Source: Phoronis australis
Taxonomy: Eukaryota > Animalia > Phoronida
NCBI GenBank assembly: GCA_002633005.1
Contig: NMRA01000225.1
Coordinates: 573,947 to 637,946 of the forward strand
Direction: 5' to 3'
DNA length: 64,000 nt
Under the pieces are notes generated by a model. It had not been told where the DNA came from. It saw only the letters and a program-made list of their open reading frames with translations, and ran no database searches. The translations under genes and the position numbers were made by a program. Positions 50,001-61,300 of the stretch are shown piece by piece. The first letter of the stretch is position 1. Each line of letters begins with the position of its first letter.

Positions 50001-51985
50001 TTTCTTGGATGGCTCAAGAGCTACACTTTATTCATTTTTTTTTGCGTTTGTTCTACCCCTGGTAAAGCATTTTTTAATACCAGCAATATCATTTTGCACG
50101 TTTTCATCGTATCCAATGTAATATTCTTAGGGACTCAACACAGTGACTAATCAAAAGTCCAAAAGTTGAGATTGCAGTTAAAGAAAAAGCGGCAGGGCAC
50201 TTTTCATGCAGTGTCCTTTAAAATTTAAAGATACCAATAAGTCTTAAAGACATCTTTAACCTTTCATGTAATGGGCCATAGCATAATCACGCTGGGACAG
50301 TCAGTGTTTTGTTCAATTAAGTTTTATCAGCTGGACGATTGAGTTCTGATCATTACATGGTATTTAAGTCCAGCATTACATTGCAGCTGCCAAGGTTTGA
50401 TTTAGACCTGTTACCACTATAACATTGATTTCAACTTGTTTCTAGCTTAGATGTGATTTTTGGTTTTGTAAAGCACTGGCATTTCTATATTGCTGGAGAC
50501 CTTGCCCATCGTTTAAATGGATACGTTGTGACTAGTCTAACTGACTCAGTTTAAGGCAAATAGTTTAAATCATTTTTTGATGGACAATGGGTTTATAGTT
50601 GCTTTATTTGCTGAATGAAAGTAAACTCTGGTACTATCTGAACTGGCTAGTATGATTACATAAATGGACCACAACTATCAGGTAGTCAGGAAATGGGTGA
50701 TAGAATCATTTGGGTAATGCATTCAGGATTCACGGGTTTAACTCTCTCTGTACCTGTATGATGGTGAATTTCTCGTCTTAGGACTTGAGGAGCATTACAT
50801 ACACCTGTACATTGCAAAATCGTGCACGTGACAGTCAAGTGTTTTGCGGGTAGGCTCAGGAGCATATTAGCCTTTCCTAGCAAAATGGGCGCCACCAAAG
50901 TTACTGGTTGACGAGGTTGGAATGCTGGATTATGCAAATGAATTCATAAATTTTGGCATAGAATTCACTGTTTTCATTTCGTTTGAGGAAGCTTTTAAAA
51001 GAAAAATTGCACGCTATTGCCAGTCTTAACAATATCTTTGTTTGGTCTTACTCGAAACTACTTTTAACATGTGGGTACTAGATAAATAGGCAAAAAACTT
51101 TTTATAACTTCATACATGAATCTTGCTATTAGTTCTCAACCACTGAACCACTCCTTCTTCAAGAGTCTTTAGAAATTTATAACTCACGTTTGAGATTTTG
51201 TTTAAGGATTTTTGCCCGTTTTTCGTAACGAAACAATCAAGTCGCCAGCAAGGACTAATTTCTGGGCTGTGTCATCAATCAAGCAAAAGTGCAAAATTGA
51301 TTACAGCACTTTATATAGAGTAGTAATTGACAGGTTTTTAGGGGGTTGGTCTGGTAAGGACGAAGGAACTTAATTTTCTTTAGACCTAATGTGTTGCATT
51401 GGCAGAACGTTGTCCAGTTTATGTGTGTAGTGCTTATAACTGATTATGTCATTATATAACTGTAGATCACAGCTGAAGCTAAAAAGAAAGAACAAGGGAA
51501 ACGCCTGCGGGGTGAAAAGGATGCTGTTATGGACATCTTGTTCAATGCATTTGAAAAGCATCAGTATTATAACGTCAAAGACTTGGTCACAATCACAAAA
51601 CAACCTGTGGTAAGTTCCTACAAAGAAAGAAATACAGGGTGTTGTTTTGTGTATTCCATCATCAGCTGTCACAAACAATTCCAAGTTTGCCAGCTCTTGT
51701 TACCGTATTTGTTTGCATTTAGCCCTTTCCAGCCAAGTACAGTTTTTTTGCCAGTGCACTGTTTGTGGAATCAGCTGCATGTGTTTATGCCATTTTTCTT
51801 GTCCAATGTGTTGCAGTTATCTTCAAGTGGAATGTACTATTTCATCTCGCACATTCTTTCTTTTGCTTTAGACCTATCTAAAAGAAATCCTCAAAGAGAT
51901 CTGCAACTATAACATGAAAGCACCTCACAGAAATATGTGGGAGCTAAAGCCAGAATACAGGCATTATAAACCTCACGATTCGTAG
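44030..51985 (+). CDS. GTF2F2: General transcription factor IIF subunit 2 (RAP30 / TFIIF-beta), 245 aa
   Basis: Exons 44030-44098, 45684-45763, 46671-46822, 47146-47227, 48273-48369 (duplicated at 49426-49522), 51466-51609 and 51872-51985 total 738 nt with consistent phases. Motifs: GVWLVKVPKYLSDKW, GKVIQRAECRP, NYKPVSNH, LFNAFEKHQYYNVKDLVTITKQPVTYLKEILKEIC and WELKPEYRHY. Confidence 0.96.
44351..44603 (+). repeat. Two-copy ~127-bp tandem duplication in GTF2F2 intron 1
   Basis: GATCTGGC..ATTTGCTTTCACACAC...TTTCAAAAGGAACATG.TGGTGAAT occurs at 44351-44477 and 44479-44603. Confidence 0.85.
48093..49536 (+). other. Duplicated ~290-bp block containing GTF2F2 exon 5 on both sides of an N-gap (probable uncollapsed alleles)
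   Basis: 48093-48383 is nearly identical to 49243-49536. The exon differences are synonymous (CTT/CTC, AAC/AAT). N-gap at 48817-48930. Confidence 0.85.
48931..49242. mobile_element. Terminal part of a Kolobok-like element inserted at TTAA
   Basis: Ends ...GGTTGCCTTCGCCT-TTAA. The other copy of the block shows the empty TTAA site (48093-48096). Confidence 0.55.
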
Positions 51986-53241
51986 CTAGACACCAGGAGT
52001 TGCCTGCGTACCTTCAGTTTCCCTGTCGAGATGTTGGGTGCTATCGGATACTGCTGGATACAATCCATGTCTGTCATAGGATGAAGGGATCGCCAAGTCA
52101 TGGTGATGGCTAAGGTGAATGGAGTTATTACCTTCCATGTGAATTTGAAAGAAGTGGTGTGTTTGATAGAATAAGACGCAACACATGGAACTGAAAGGCG
52201 AGTGTTTCACGAGTAGTAACTTGGAGACCTTACTTCAAGTGTAGACAAAGTGGTCGCCATTGAAGTGATTGGACAGTGAGAGAGGAATGTTGGAAGCTGA
52301 AGTTTTGAATTATTGGAGTAAATTCACTTTTTCCGTTCTGTAATAAAGCCTCTCAGTAAGCGCCTTGCATTAGGTAACTCTTCCCATGTCTAATTGTTGT
52401 GAAAAGAATCAGCACAGGACATGACATGGAAACAGTTGTATAACTTGGATAGGTCTGCTGTTGAAACGTATATTTAACTTAACTAATTGTTGTTTGAAGT
52501 ACCACAGAAAGGAAATACCGACCAGTGATGATGAACTAGGGTAGCATTCCGTAGACCAAGTTCCTTGCGAGAAAGTAAGCTCACAAAACTCTCCGAAGTC
52601 ACTCGTGGAGTTAAAGGGGAATGTTTCGTAAATAATTATGCTCGTGAGCTTTTGTAACCTTGTAAGTGGCAACTACTGAAGGGTTTGATCAACGCTCCAC
52701 AAGCGAGGATTGTTGTTGCAAGTGCAAACGAATGTATTGAGTACAGAGCTAGCTGGTGAATGGATCTTTGTGCATTGTCAGCGCAAGAGAGGTCACGTGT
52801 TGAGGTCATGGGTAACCTTATCTCCTAGTCTGTGTTTATAGCCAAATTTCTACAAAATTAATTTAACTTTTGTAAAAGTATCAGAAAGTAAAAATTGTAA
52901 ATAAAATGTGAACTTAAAAATCAATGTGAAAAGCTCATTGACCATTCTTTAAAATCTATGGAGGTTTCAAAACTGTTTAGCCATATACTGTATCAATGTT
53001 GAAATCTTAAATCAAGGGCTTTGGGGTTAAAACATTACCTCACTTATCCTGTCTTGAATTGGTGTCTGGATAATCCAGTAATAGGTCACGGGCAGTGCGT
53101 ATACTTGCTGTTTTGGAATTCGCAGGGTTAACCCCGGTGTACTGTCAGAAGTGTTTTCTAGAGTTGCTGATGATTTGAATGTTCTTGTTTGATAACGGAA
53201 GTGGTATCCTGTCGCTGTAAGCAATACTTTGAGATTGGTTG

Positions 53242-56101
53242 TTTTTTTTTCCAAGCAGTTTATTATAAGTATTTGCGGCTTATCTAACACTTACAAACAA
53301 ATGAATGAAATAACACATACTATAATCAAGATAGCAAACTATTAACTGGTTCACATATGCACAGTGTCCTATGTTTAGTGACTGAATCCCTCTACAACAC
53401 AAGATCGTAATCACAATCTGTTTAGAGTACCAGTACACCACAGCGCGCTTACTGTGGGCATACTGCCGAAAAACCCTTCAGCAGCAGTATACATGGTTTG
53501 ATTATTCTGCATTGCATGCAGATAGCTTATGTAAACAAGCGTGGCTACTTAACGTTCGGACAACAAAGAAAGAAATAACCAACGTATTCAATAACAGAAC
53601 ACATGGAAGATAAAATTAAAGCCCAGCCTATGGGGCACGAACATCATACTATCTATGAAGCAGCTTATATTCCTCGATGGAAATTAAAGTATTCAAAGGT
53701 CCGTCTCCACCGTCAAGTGCACAAAGATGGTGCGTGGCAAAATTAACCATGTAATTCACACTACGTTATGGCGAATTGGAGAGTAGTTTACTCGTCGAAA
53801 CATGGGAAAAATATGCTCAATCACCACCTCAAAGTACCCGGATTAACTGGAGATAAACTTATCTAAACTACTGTCAACGCCAAGAAAATTCACTGGATAT
53901 GCCCCAGCTAAGGCAGAATGTAGTCCTACACTCGTCTAGTGCTTCATGATTATTTTGATCTAAGATATTGCGAAAGTATATACTTATACAGTAGACGATG
54001 GGTACTTAATAACCTAAAAAGCATCAGAAGCCTGTAATAATATCAGTCATGTGACACACGCAACTGCAATGGAAACACACTCAAGCTACAAGTTCACTAG
54101 TTATACGTTATCTCCTTATATTAAAGTTACGAAAGGTGCATATACATAATGCGTATTTACATTTGCTGGATAACCACCAGCTGACACTTGTCGACGGTCA
54201 CTCTGGCAAGTCCGTCGATCATCAAGCCCGGCTCACGTTTTACGATAGGCCACCTTTTTACGCTTTGTAGTAGTCTTTCCCCTTTTGGAGTCCAAGGAAG
54301 TTGCCTTGTTTCTTTTCTCCTGAAAAAGCACGATTGCTATTTACTCCATATCGTCACAAAGTGCGGTGGACTCGTGTTGATTTCGACAACCTAAATGTGT
54401 AGGCTATGAATGCAATGACGTAGTCATTTTTTGTTCTCTTGCATGTTTCGGTGAACATGAACAAGCTGAACCTATTTTCACGGGGCACCCTCAAATTGTT
54501 TCAAAAGTGGTCATGTTGATTGTAACGACCTTTTACAGTAGAGAAGGGCACCAGGAAAGNNNNNNNNNNNNNNNNNNNNNNNNNNNNNNNNNNNNNNNNN
54601 NNNNNNNNNNNNNNNNNNNNNNNNNNNNNNNNNNNNNNNNNNNNNNNNNNNNNNNNNNNNNNNNNNNNNNNNNNNNNNNNNNNNNNNNNNNNNNNNNNNN
54701 NNNNNNNNNNNNNNNNNNNNNNNNNNNNNNNNNNNNNNNNNNNNNNNNNNNNNNNNNNNNNNNNNNNTTTTTTTTCCAAGCAGTTTATTATAAGTATTTG
54801 CGGCTTATCTAACACTTACAAACAAATGAATGAAATAACACATACTATAATCAAGATAGCAAACTTTTAACTGGTTCACATATGCACAGTGTCCTATGTT
54901 TAGTGACTGAATCCCTCTACAACACAAGATCGTAATCACAATCTGTTTAGAGTACCAGTACACCATAGCGCGCTTACTGTGGGCATACTGCCGAAAAACC
55001 CTTCAGCAGCAGTATACATGGTTTGATTATTCTGCATTGCATGCAGCTAGCTTATGTAAACAAGCGTGGCTACTTAACGTTCCGACAACAAAGAAAGAAA
55101 TAACCAACTTATTCAATAACAGAACACATGGAAGATAAAATTAAAGCCCAGCCTATGGGGCACGAACATCATACTATCTATGAAGCAGCTTGTATTCCTC
55201 GATGGAAATTAAAGTATTCAAAGGTCCGTCTCCACGTCAAGTGCACAAAGATGGTGCGTGGCAAAATTAACCATGTAATTCACACTACGTTATGGCGAAT
55301 TGGAGAGTAGTTTACTCCTCGAAACATGGGAAAAATATGCTCAATCACCACCTCAAAGTACCCGGATTAACTGGAGATAAACTTATCTAAACTACTGTCA
55401 ACGCCAAGAAAATTCACTGGATATATCCCAGCTAAGGCAGAATGTAGTCCTACACTCGTCTAGTGCTTCATGATGAATTTTGCTATAAGATATTGCGAAA
55501 GTATATACTTATACAGTAGACGATGGGTACTTAATAACCTAAAAAGCATCAGAAGTCTGTAATAATATCAGTCATGTGACACACGCAACTGCAATGAAAA
55601 CACACTCAAGTTACAAGTTCACTAGTTATACGTTATCTCCTTATATTAAAGTTACGAAAGGTGCATATACCTAATGCGTATTTACATTTGCTGGATAACC
55701 ACCAGCTAACACTTGTCGACGGTCACTACTGGCAAGTCCGTCGATCATCAAGCCCGGCTCACGTTTTACGATAGGCCACCTTTTTACGCTTTGTAGTAGT
55801 CTTTCCCCTTTTGGAGTCCAAGGAAGTTGCCTTGTTTCTTTTCTCCTGAAAAACACGATTGCTATTTACTCCATATCGTCACAAAGTGCGGTGGACTCGT
55901 GTTGATTTCGACATCCTAAATGTGTAGGCTATAAATACAATGACGTAGTCATTTTTTGTTCTCTTGCATGTCTCGGTGAACATGAACAAGCAGAACCGTG
56001 TAGTAAACAGTACTTACATTTTCACGGGGCACCCCCAAATTGTTTCAAAAGTGTCAATGTTGATTGTAACGACCTTTTACAGTAGAAAAGGGCACCAGGA
56101 A
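53242..56101. other. ~1.3-kb direct duplication across an N-gap (probable uncollapsed alleles), containing the last exon and 3'UTR of the RNF213-like gene
   Basis: 53242-54559 vs 54768-56101 are near-identical with scattered SNPs and small indels. They are separated only by N's (54560-54767). Confidence 0.85.
55759..55845 (-). CDS. Probable terminal coding exon of the RNF213-like gene (EKRNKATSLDSKRGKTTTKRKKVAYRKT*); second copy at 54233-54319
   Basis: TTTTTCAG acceptor in phase 0 matches the AAG|GTAAGC donor at 58352. A minus-strand AATAAA lies ~1 kb downstream (~54785 / ~53260). Confidence 0.55.
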   Translation of the reverse strand, partial: EKRNKATSLDSKRGKTTTKRKKVAYRKT

Positions 56102-58351
56102 GCCGGGGGGGGGNGGGGGGGGTTGACAGAAGAAGAACCAGAGTTTGAATAAGTTGTCAGTTAGATTGGCACCTTTCTTTCCCCGATAATGATAGGGATG
56201 AATATCGATGAAAACTAATCCAGAATTGAGATCCGCCTTTGTTTACATTTTCTTACCATCTGCCTCACACTTCCTACCTTATAATTTTGTTCCTTCTACT
56301 ACTCCTTCAGATTTAAATATCCATCACTAATTTAGAGCACTTATTAACGAAACGACCCAGGTTTTTGTACTCAAGTAGATTTATATTTATCACCAGATGG
56401 CGCTGTAATTAAAGAAATGTACACAAAAATGTTCAACATAAAACGTATTTTTTTCGTTGTGCCAGAAACTGAACAAAATTTTGCACTCGCAGGAAAACAC
56501 CTTATGGAGGCCAAAGGCCATAAAAGTACAAAACTGGTCAAATGAGTACGTTTGCCATTGAACTGTAAAAGGTCATAAATATAAGTCATGCACGTACGGT
56601 TTTTACCTTAGTTTAAAGATTTATGTGTTGGATCAAATAGATTCATAAGGTATTAAAGCTTTTCTGATTATAAAAATTAGTGTCTCAAAAGTTCCCGACA
56701 AAACACATTTTCTATTCCTTAGGATACATTCCGGTAAAATAACCAAACAAAATACAAATAAATGCTCAGTTGTAAACGTGTTATTTGCTGTCAACACAGC
56801 TTTCCAGATAATTCCTCAGCTAAAATCAACCTTTTAAAGAAAGCTAGTTCAAGACATTTAATATCAAATGCTCCGCCATTCTATAACCGCCCAATGTAAA
56901 ATCCGGAATTACGGGGCCATCCTTTTAACTTTGCTTGCTATGCCTTTATTTTCCCAAATGAAGTTGTAAAATATTACTCCTAGGTAAATAACCCGATCTG
57001 GCGGTGGGGGGAGAAGGAAGAGAAGGTGAACCAATTTTGAAAGTACACTAGACCACTACAGCAATACGTCCTGGCAGTGGGGAGTTAGAGGTCTCTTAAA
57101 CCATGTTGTTAAAACATAACAAATTACTAAGAGTTTTTTTCTTGAAATTAAATAATTCAAATCAGGTAAATTAATATGAAAATTAATTTTCAGAAGTTAT
57201 CGAGTCGGTGCACCACAAAAGTTTGTTTTCCGTCACATAAGCTTCTTTTAGATTTCGCCATTAGTTATTTTTACATGTAAATATGAAAGAATAGTTACCG
57301 CGTTAGCAATGATTTCGTTGAGATTGTTTTTACCTGAAGAAATGCAATAAAAATTATTGAGAACAGATGCGTTAGGGTTCGATTCTCAGGTACTCGACTT
57401 GGTAACTCTGAACCGTGGCCCTGCGAGTCGTGATGTCGGACAAAAGATCTCGACAGGACTTTAGCATTTAAAGCTTTTCTTCTTCTAAATCCGATTTTGC
57501 TTGGACTATTGTCAGTTGTCATGATGGAAACAAAGCTGTTCATACTCGTTTCGTTAGATCATGGTTAAAAAACAAAGTATTTGAAAATTGTTTATGTATT
57601 GTACTGTCAGAAGAATAGTGGCCATATTGTAATATCTCAGCAGTTAAATTTACTTAAGATACAGAATTGATCTGGTTTCAAATATAATGTATTCACAGAC
57701 TTATTAGTATTTATTAATTTTTGCTACCAGTGTACACTGATGATTTTGTTCTCTTATATCAGACTTGTGCGATGGTTAAAAAATAGTAATGGTAAACTAT
57801 TAGATTTCAGATAAATTCTTTGAATCTGAGGCTTGACAAAACATAACGGTTCCCAAACTTAAAGCAAAAGTGTAATTTTTCTGTTAGAATTTCACATTTA
57901 ATCACTTGCATCCTTTGTTTACAGCTAGTCGAAAAAATAAAGACTTGAAAAAGCAATATAATTGTCAAAATAAATTACTTTTTTAAAAGGTGGACTCCTA
58001 TGAGTCATCTCTGTGAGTAGAATAATCATTTCAATACCTCTCCATCCTAGCTATGGATGCGAGGTCTGTATGCGTGCGTGTTTCTACGCGTGTGTTGTTA
58101 ATTTTGTCTGCCAACACCAATTTGGCTATAACACTATAACGTAAACACACTAACGGCAACACGGACATAGCCTTTTCCTTCCTCTTATTGTTTCACTTTT
58201 GAAAATGCTTAGTGCGGGAAGAGGAAGCGTTTGCTAAAAATTCCATTGGGTCGAATTGAATAAAAGTGGCGAAGTAACGCCTCGTGTAACACTAACCAAT
58301 GTCTGGGAGCTTTTGGACAAATCGACCAGCGATATAAGAACGCGTGCTTAC

Positions 58352-61300
58352 CTTAATGGCATCCTCGAGCCGCTTGACAACGCAGTAAGAATGACGCATG
58401 TGAATGACTGGTGTAAATAAGTCCATCAGCTCCTTGCCAAAACGAGCGTCGTCTCCGCTCTCAGCTGTAAAGTGCCGCCCATCTAACAAAGTAATAAGTG
58501 TTTGCGACTCACTGGGCTTTTGAACTTTTGGGTTTGAGAAGGATCGATAAATTAGACGTCGCAGCAGTGCTATGACCTTTGACAAGTCGGCTGGAGTGTT
58601 CTTTAGTCGACTTTGAAAGTCTCTTTCGTCTGCTTCACTCAATGATTTTCGGTATTTGTCAGGAAGTTTGTTTTCTGACTTTTGGCACAGCAGTTCTTCA
58701 AGCAAGTCGTAGATTGATACCAGGTGACATAACTTTGACATTTCTGAGGGTTGCGGAAGTAAATCTTGCGGAAATTCCTTACCCATTGCAGAATACCATT
58801 TGTCAGCAAAATCTACTATAGCTGTGTTAGAGGTTTGTTGTGACCCGCCTGTCCTGTCTAACATGTCTAAGATAATGTCCAAATTAACTTTCAACTTCTC
58901 AGTGTGATTGGCACTTCTTTCGTTTCCTTTGGTCAAGTGTTCTTTGGCAGAATTTGGCAATTGCTCTTGTGGAAACATCTTTGCCACACGAGCCAACGTG
59001 GCAGAGCTCAAGAGAAAGTCATGAGCATAGGAAAAGAAGGGAAAACTGTCGTCCAAAATGAGATGGGCTTTCTCAAAGATCAAGCGGTTAGACGCTTCCA
59101 TTTCTATTGCTGTGAAGTCAAACTGCAATTCATACCCTTTTCCATGAGCAGTGTTAAATTGGGTAAATTTTAAAAATTCTTGGAGGTGGCTGAAGGAATA
59201 ATCAATCACTTGGACTGGTTTTGTTTCATGAACTGGGACACATGGCAAGGCTGCTGCCGATGTGTCACGCAGTAAGAAGCTGAGGCCCACACTCTGACCG
59301 CCTGCTGCCATCTTTAAAGAATTTTCCAAAAATGTGTTCTGGATGTTGACAAGAGCTTGAATGGCTTTGAACACAGATGAACCTTCATTGAAAGCAACAC
59401 ATTCCTGGACGCTCGATTCCTGATGAAGCATGGGAAGGCACGGAAACAGATGGTTATTTCGTTCCTCCGCAAGCTGGCGCAGTTCGCTCCAAGAATCAGT
59501 GAATTTAGTCAACATTTTCTTCAATTTCGCCCGTTCCTTTTCCTTGCTATGACTATTTACGAATTGCAGAATTGTATCGTTGGAATGCTCTCTTGTAAGT
59601 GTTCGATTTTGACAGCTTACGACGAAGCCCTGCCAATTTACAATCGGTAACAAAAACTTTAAAAGTTGGAGATCGTCCACAGCCGATATCATGAGCTCGA
59701 GAAACGGGTTCTCGCTGCGAATCCCATTCAATTTGACTGCACCACACAAACTTTCAACAGTCTTCAAAGGGGAAAATCTGAAGAGCGGTGACAGCCAGTC
59801 ATCTTCTAGTTCTTCTAACTGCCACTCGNACAGATGAACCTTCATTGAAAGCAACACATTCCTGGACGCTCGATTCCTGATGAAGCATGGGAAGGCACGG
59901 AAACAGATGATTATTTCGTTCCTCCGCAAGCTGGCGCAGTTCGCTCCAAGAATCAGTGAATTTAGTCAACATTTTCTTCAATTTCGCCCGTTCCTTTTCC
60001 TTGCTATGACTATTTACGAATTGCAGAATTGTATCGTTGGAATGCTCTCTTGTAAGTGTTCGATTTTGACAGCTTACGACGAAGCCCTGCCAATTTACAA
60101 TCGGTAACAAAAACTTTAAAAGTTGGAGATCGTCCACAGCCGATATCATGAGCTCGAGAAACGGGTTCTCGCTGCGAATCCCATTCAATTTGACTGCACC
60201 ACACAAACTTTCAACAGTCTTCAAAGGGGAAAATCTGAAGAGCGGTGACAGCCAGTCATCTTCTAGTTCTTCTAACTGCCACTCGAACGATTGCTTAGGT
60301 GTGCAAATTGTTTGGCGCATGGTGTCATTTATAATGTCATGGCGTCGCTTCACCATTTCACTCACTTCGCAAGTGAAAATTGCTTCCCATTCTGCCCGTT
60401 CCTCGGGTTTTTCAAACGAACATGTGGCCTTGGTCAGAAAGTTTTGCAGCCGGTTCAAGAGAGCGTGCATAAAACAACACAAGCGGTGGGATGGTAAAGC
60501 AAACATGGTTTCCAAAATATTCCAGAACATCCCGAGTTCCTCTTCGACATAAGCTAACACATCGTCGTGACTCGTTTCTTTCTGTTCATCTAAACTGCAC
60601 ACGTCCGTGAGATCGTGGCGCGCCAAACCATGCCCACACAGAATTGCTCCGTTCATCAATATTCTGAAAACAACAAACGATGCAGCTGACATTCCTCGTG
60701 GATAACCTGCAGCTGTAGCGTAGCGCCAAAGTTCCAACGTTTGCGTACTCGCCACTGCCTTCCGTTCATTGGATTCAATTTCATCACACTCCGGCAAACA
60801 TTGCAAGTCACCTTTGCATATTGGGCAATGAGGCGTTGCAGCTGCAATTTTGTGCATGCATGTGCATTGGAAAGTAGCTATATCACATGAAGTGTCTTTG
60901 CTAACTTGTTCTTGTGTTGACGGTATGTAAAGGTATTTCAGCCTCGCAGGCTCAAAGAGTGCTTTGGCAAACAAAGATGTTTTGTCGCTGAATGACGCGA
61001 TCATACAAAGCAAATGGATCATGACGGAAGAGATGTGAACATCACGGACTGGAACCCCTGGATACAAATTAAACATTGGAACCTCAAATTTTCTTTCTTG
61101 ATACAAATGTGGCAAGGTGTTCTTGACGACGTCGGGAAATTTCTCCAAATGCTCAGTGATTAATATTCCCGACTCTTTCTCAGTGGTGTTTAACTCGCGA
61201 CGTCCAGATACAAGATATAAATCATCAACAACAACAGACATTAATGCGAATGTCTTCTCCTCGGATTTGATAGCCTCATTGGTGAAATCTGTTATTGCTT

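Noticed and set aside
53242-56101. Tandem duplication of the RNF213-like terminal exon and 3'UTR
   Set aside because: The copies abut an N-gap and differ only by allele-level SNPs and indels, so they are most likely two haplotypes.
57295-57543. 82-aa ORF or possible extra small exon of the RNF213-like gene
   Set aside because: No recognisable similarity. Its phase-2 donor would not join the phase-0 terminal exon in the frame proposed.
59373-60285. Apparent 152-aa internal tandem duplication and frameshift splitting the RNF213-like gene into 1393-aa and 545-aa ORFs
   Set aside because: The two 456-bp copies differ at only one synonymous site that I could find and are joined by a single N (59829). 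This is the signature of an unmerged contig overlap, and removing it restores one frame.
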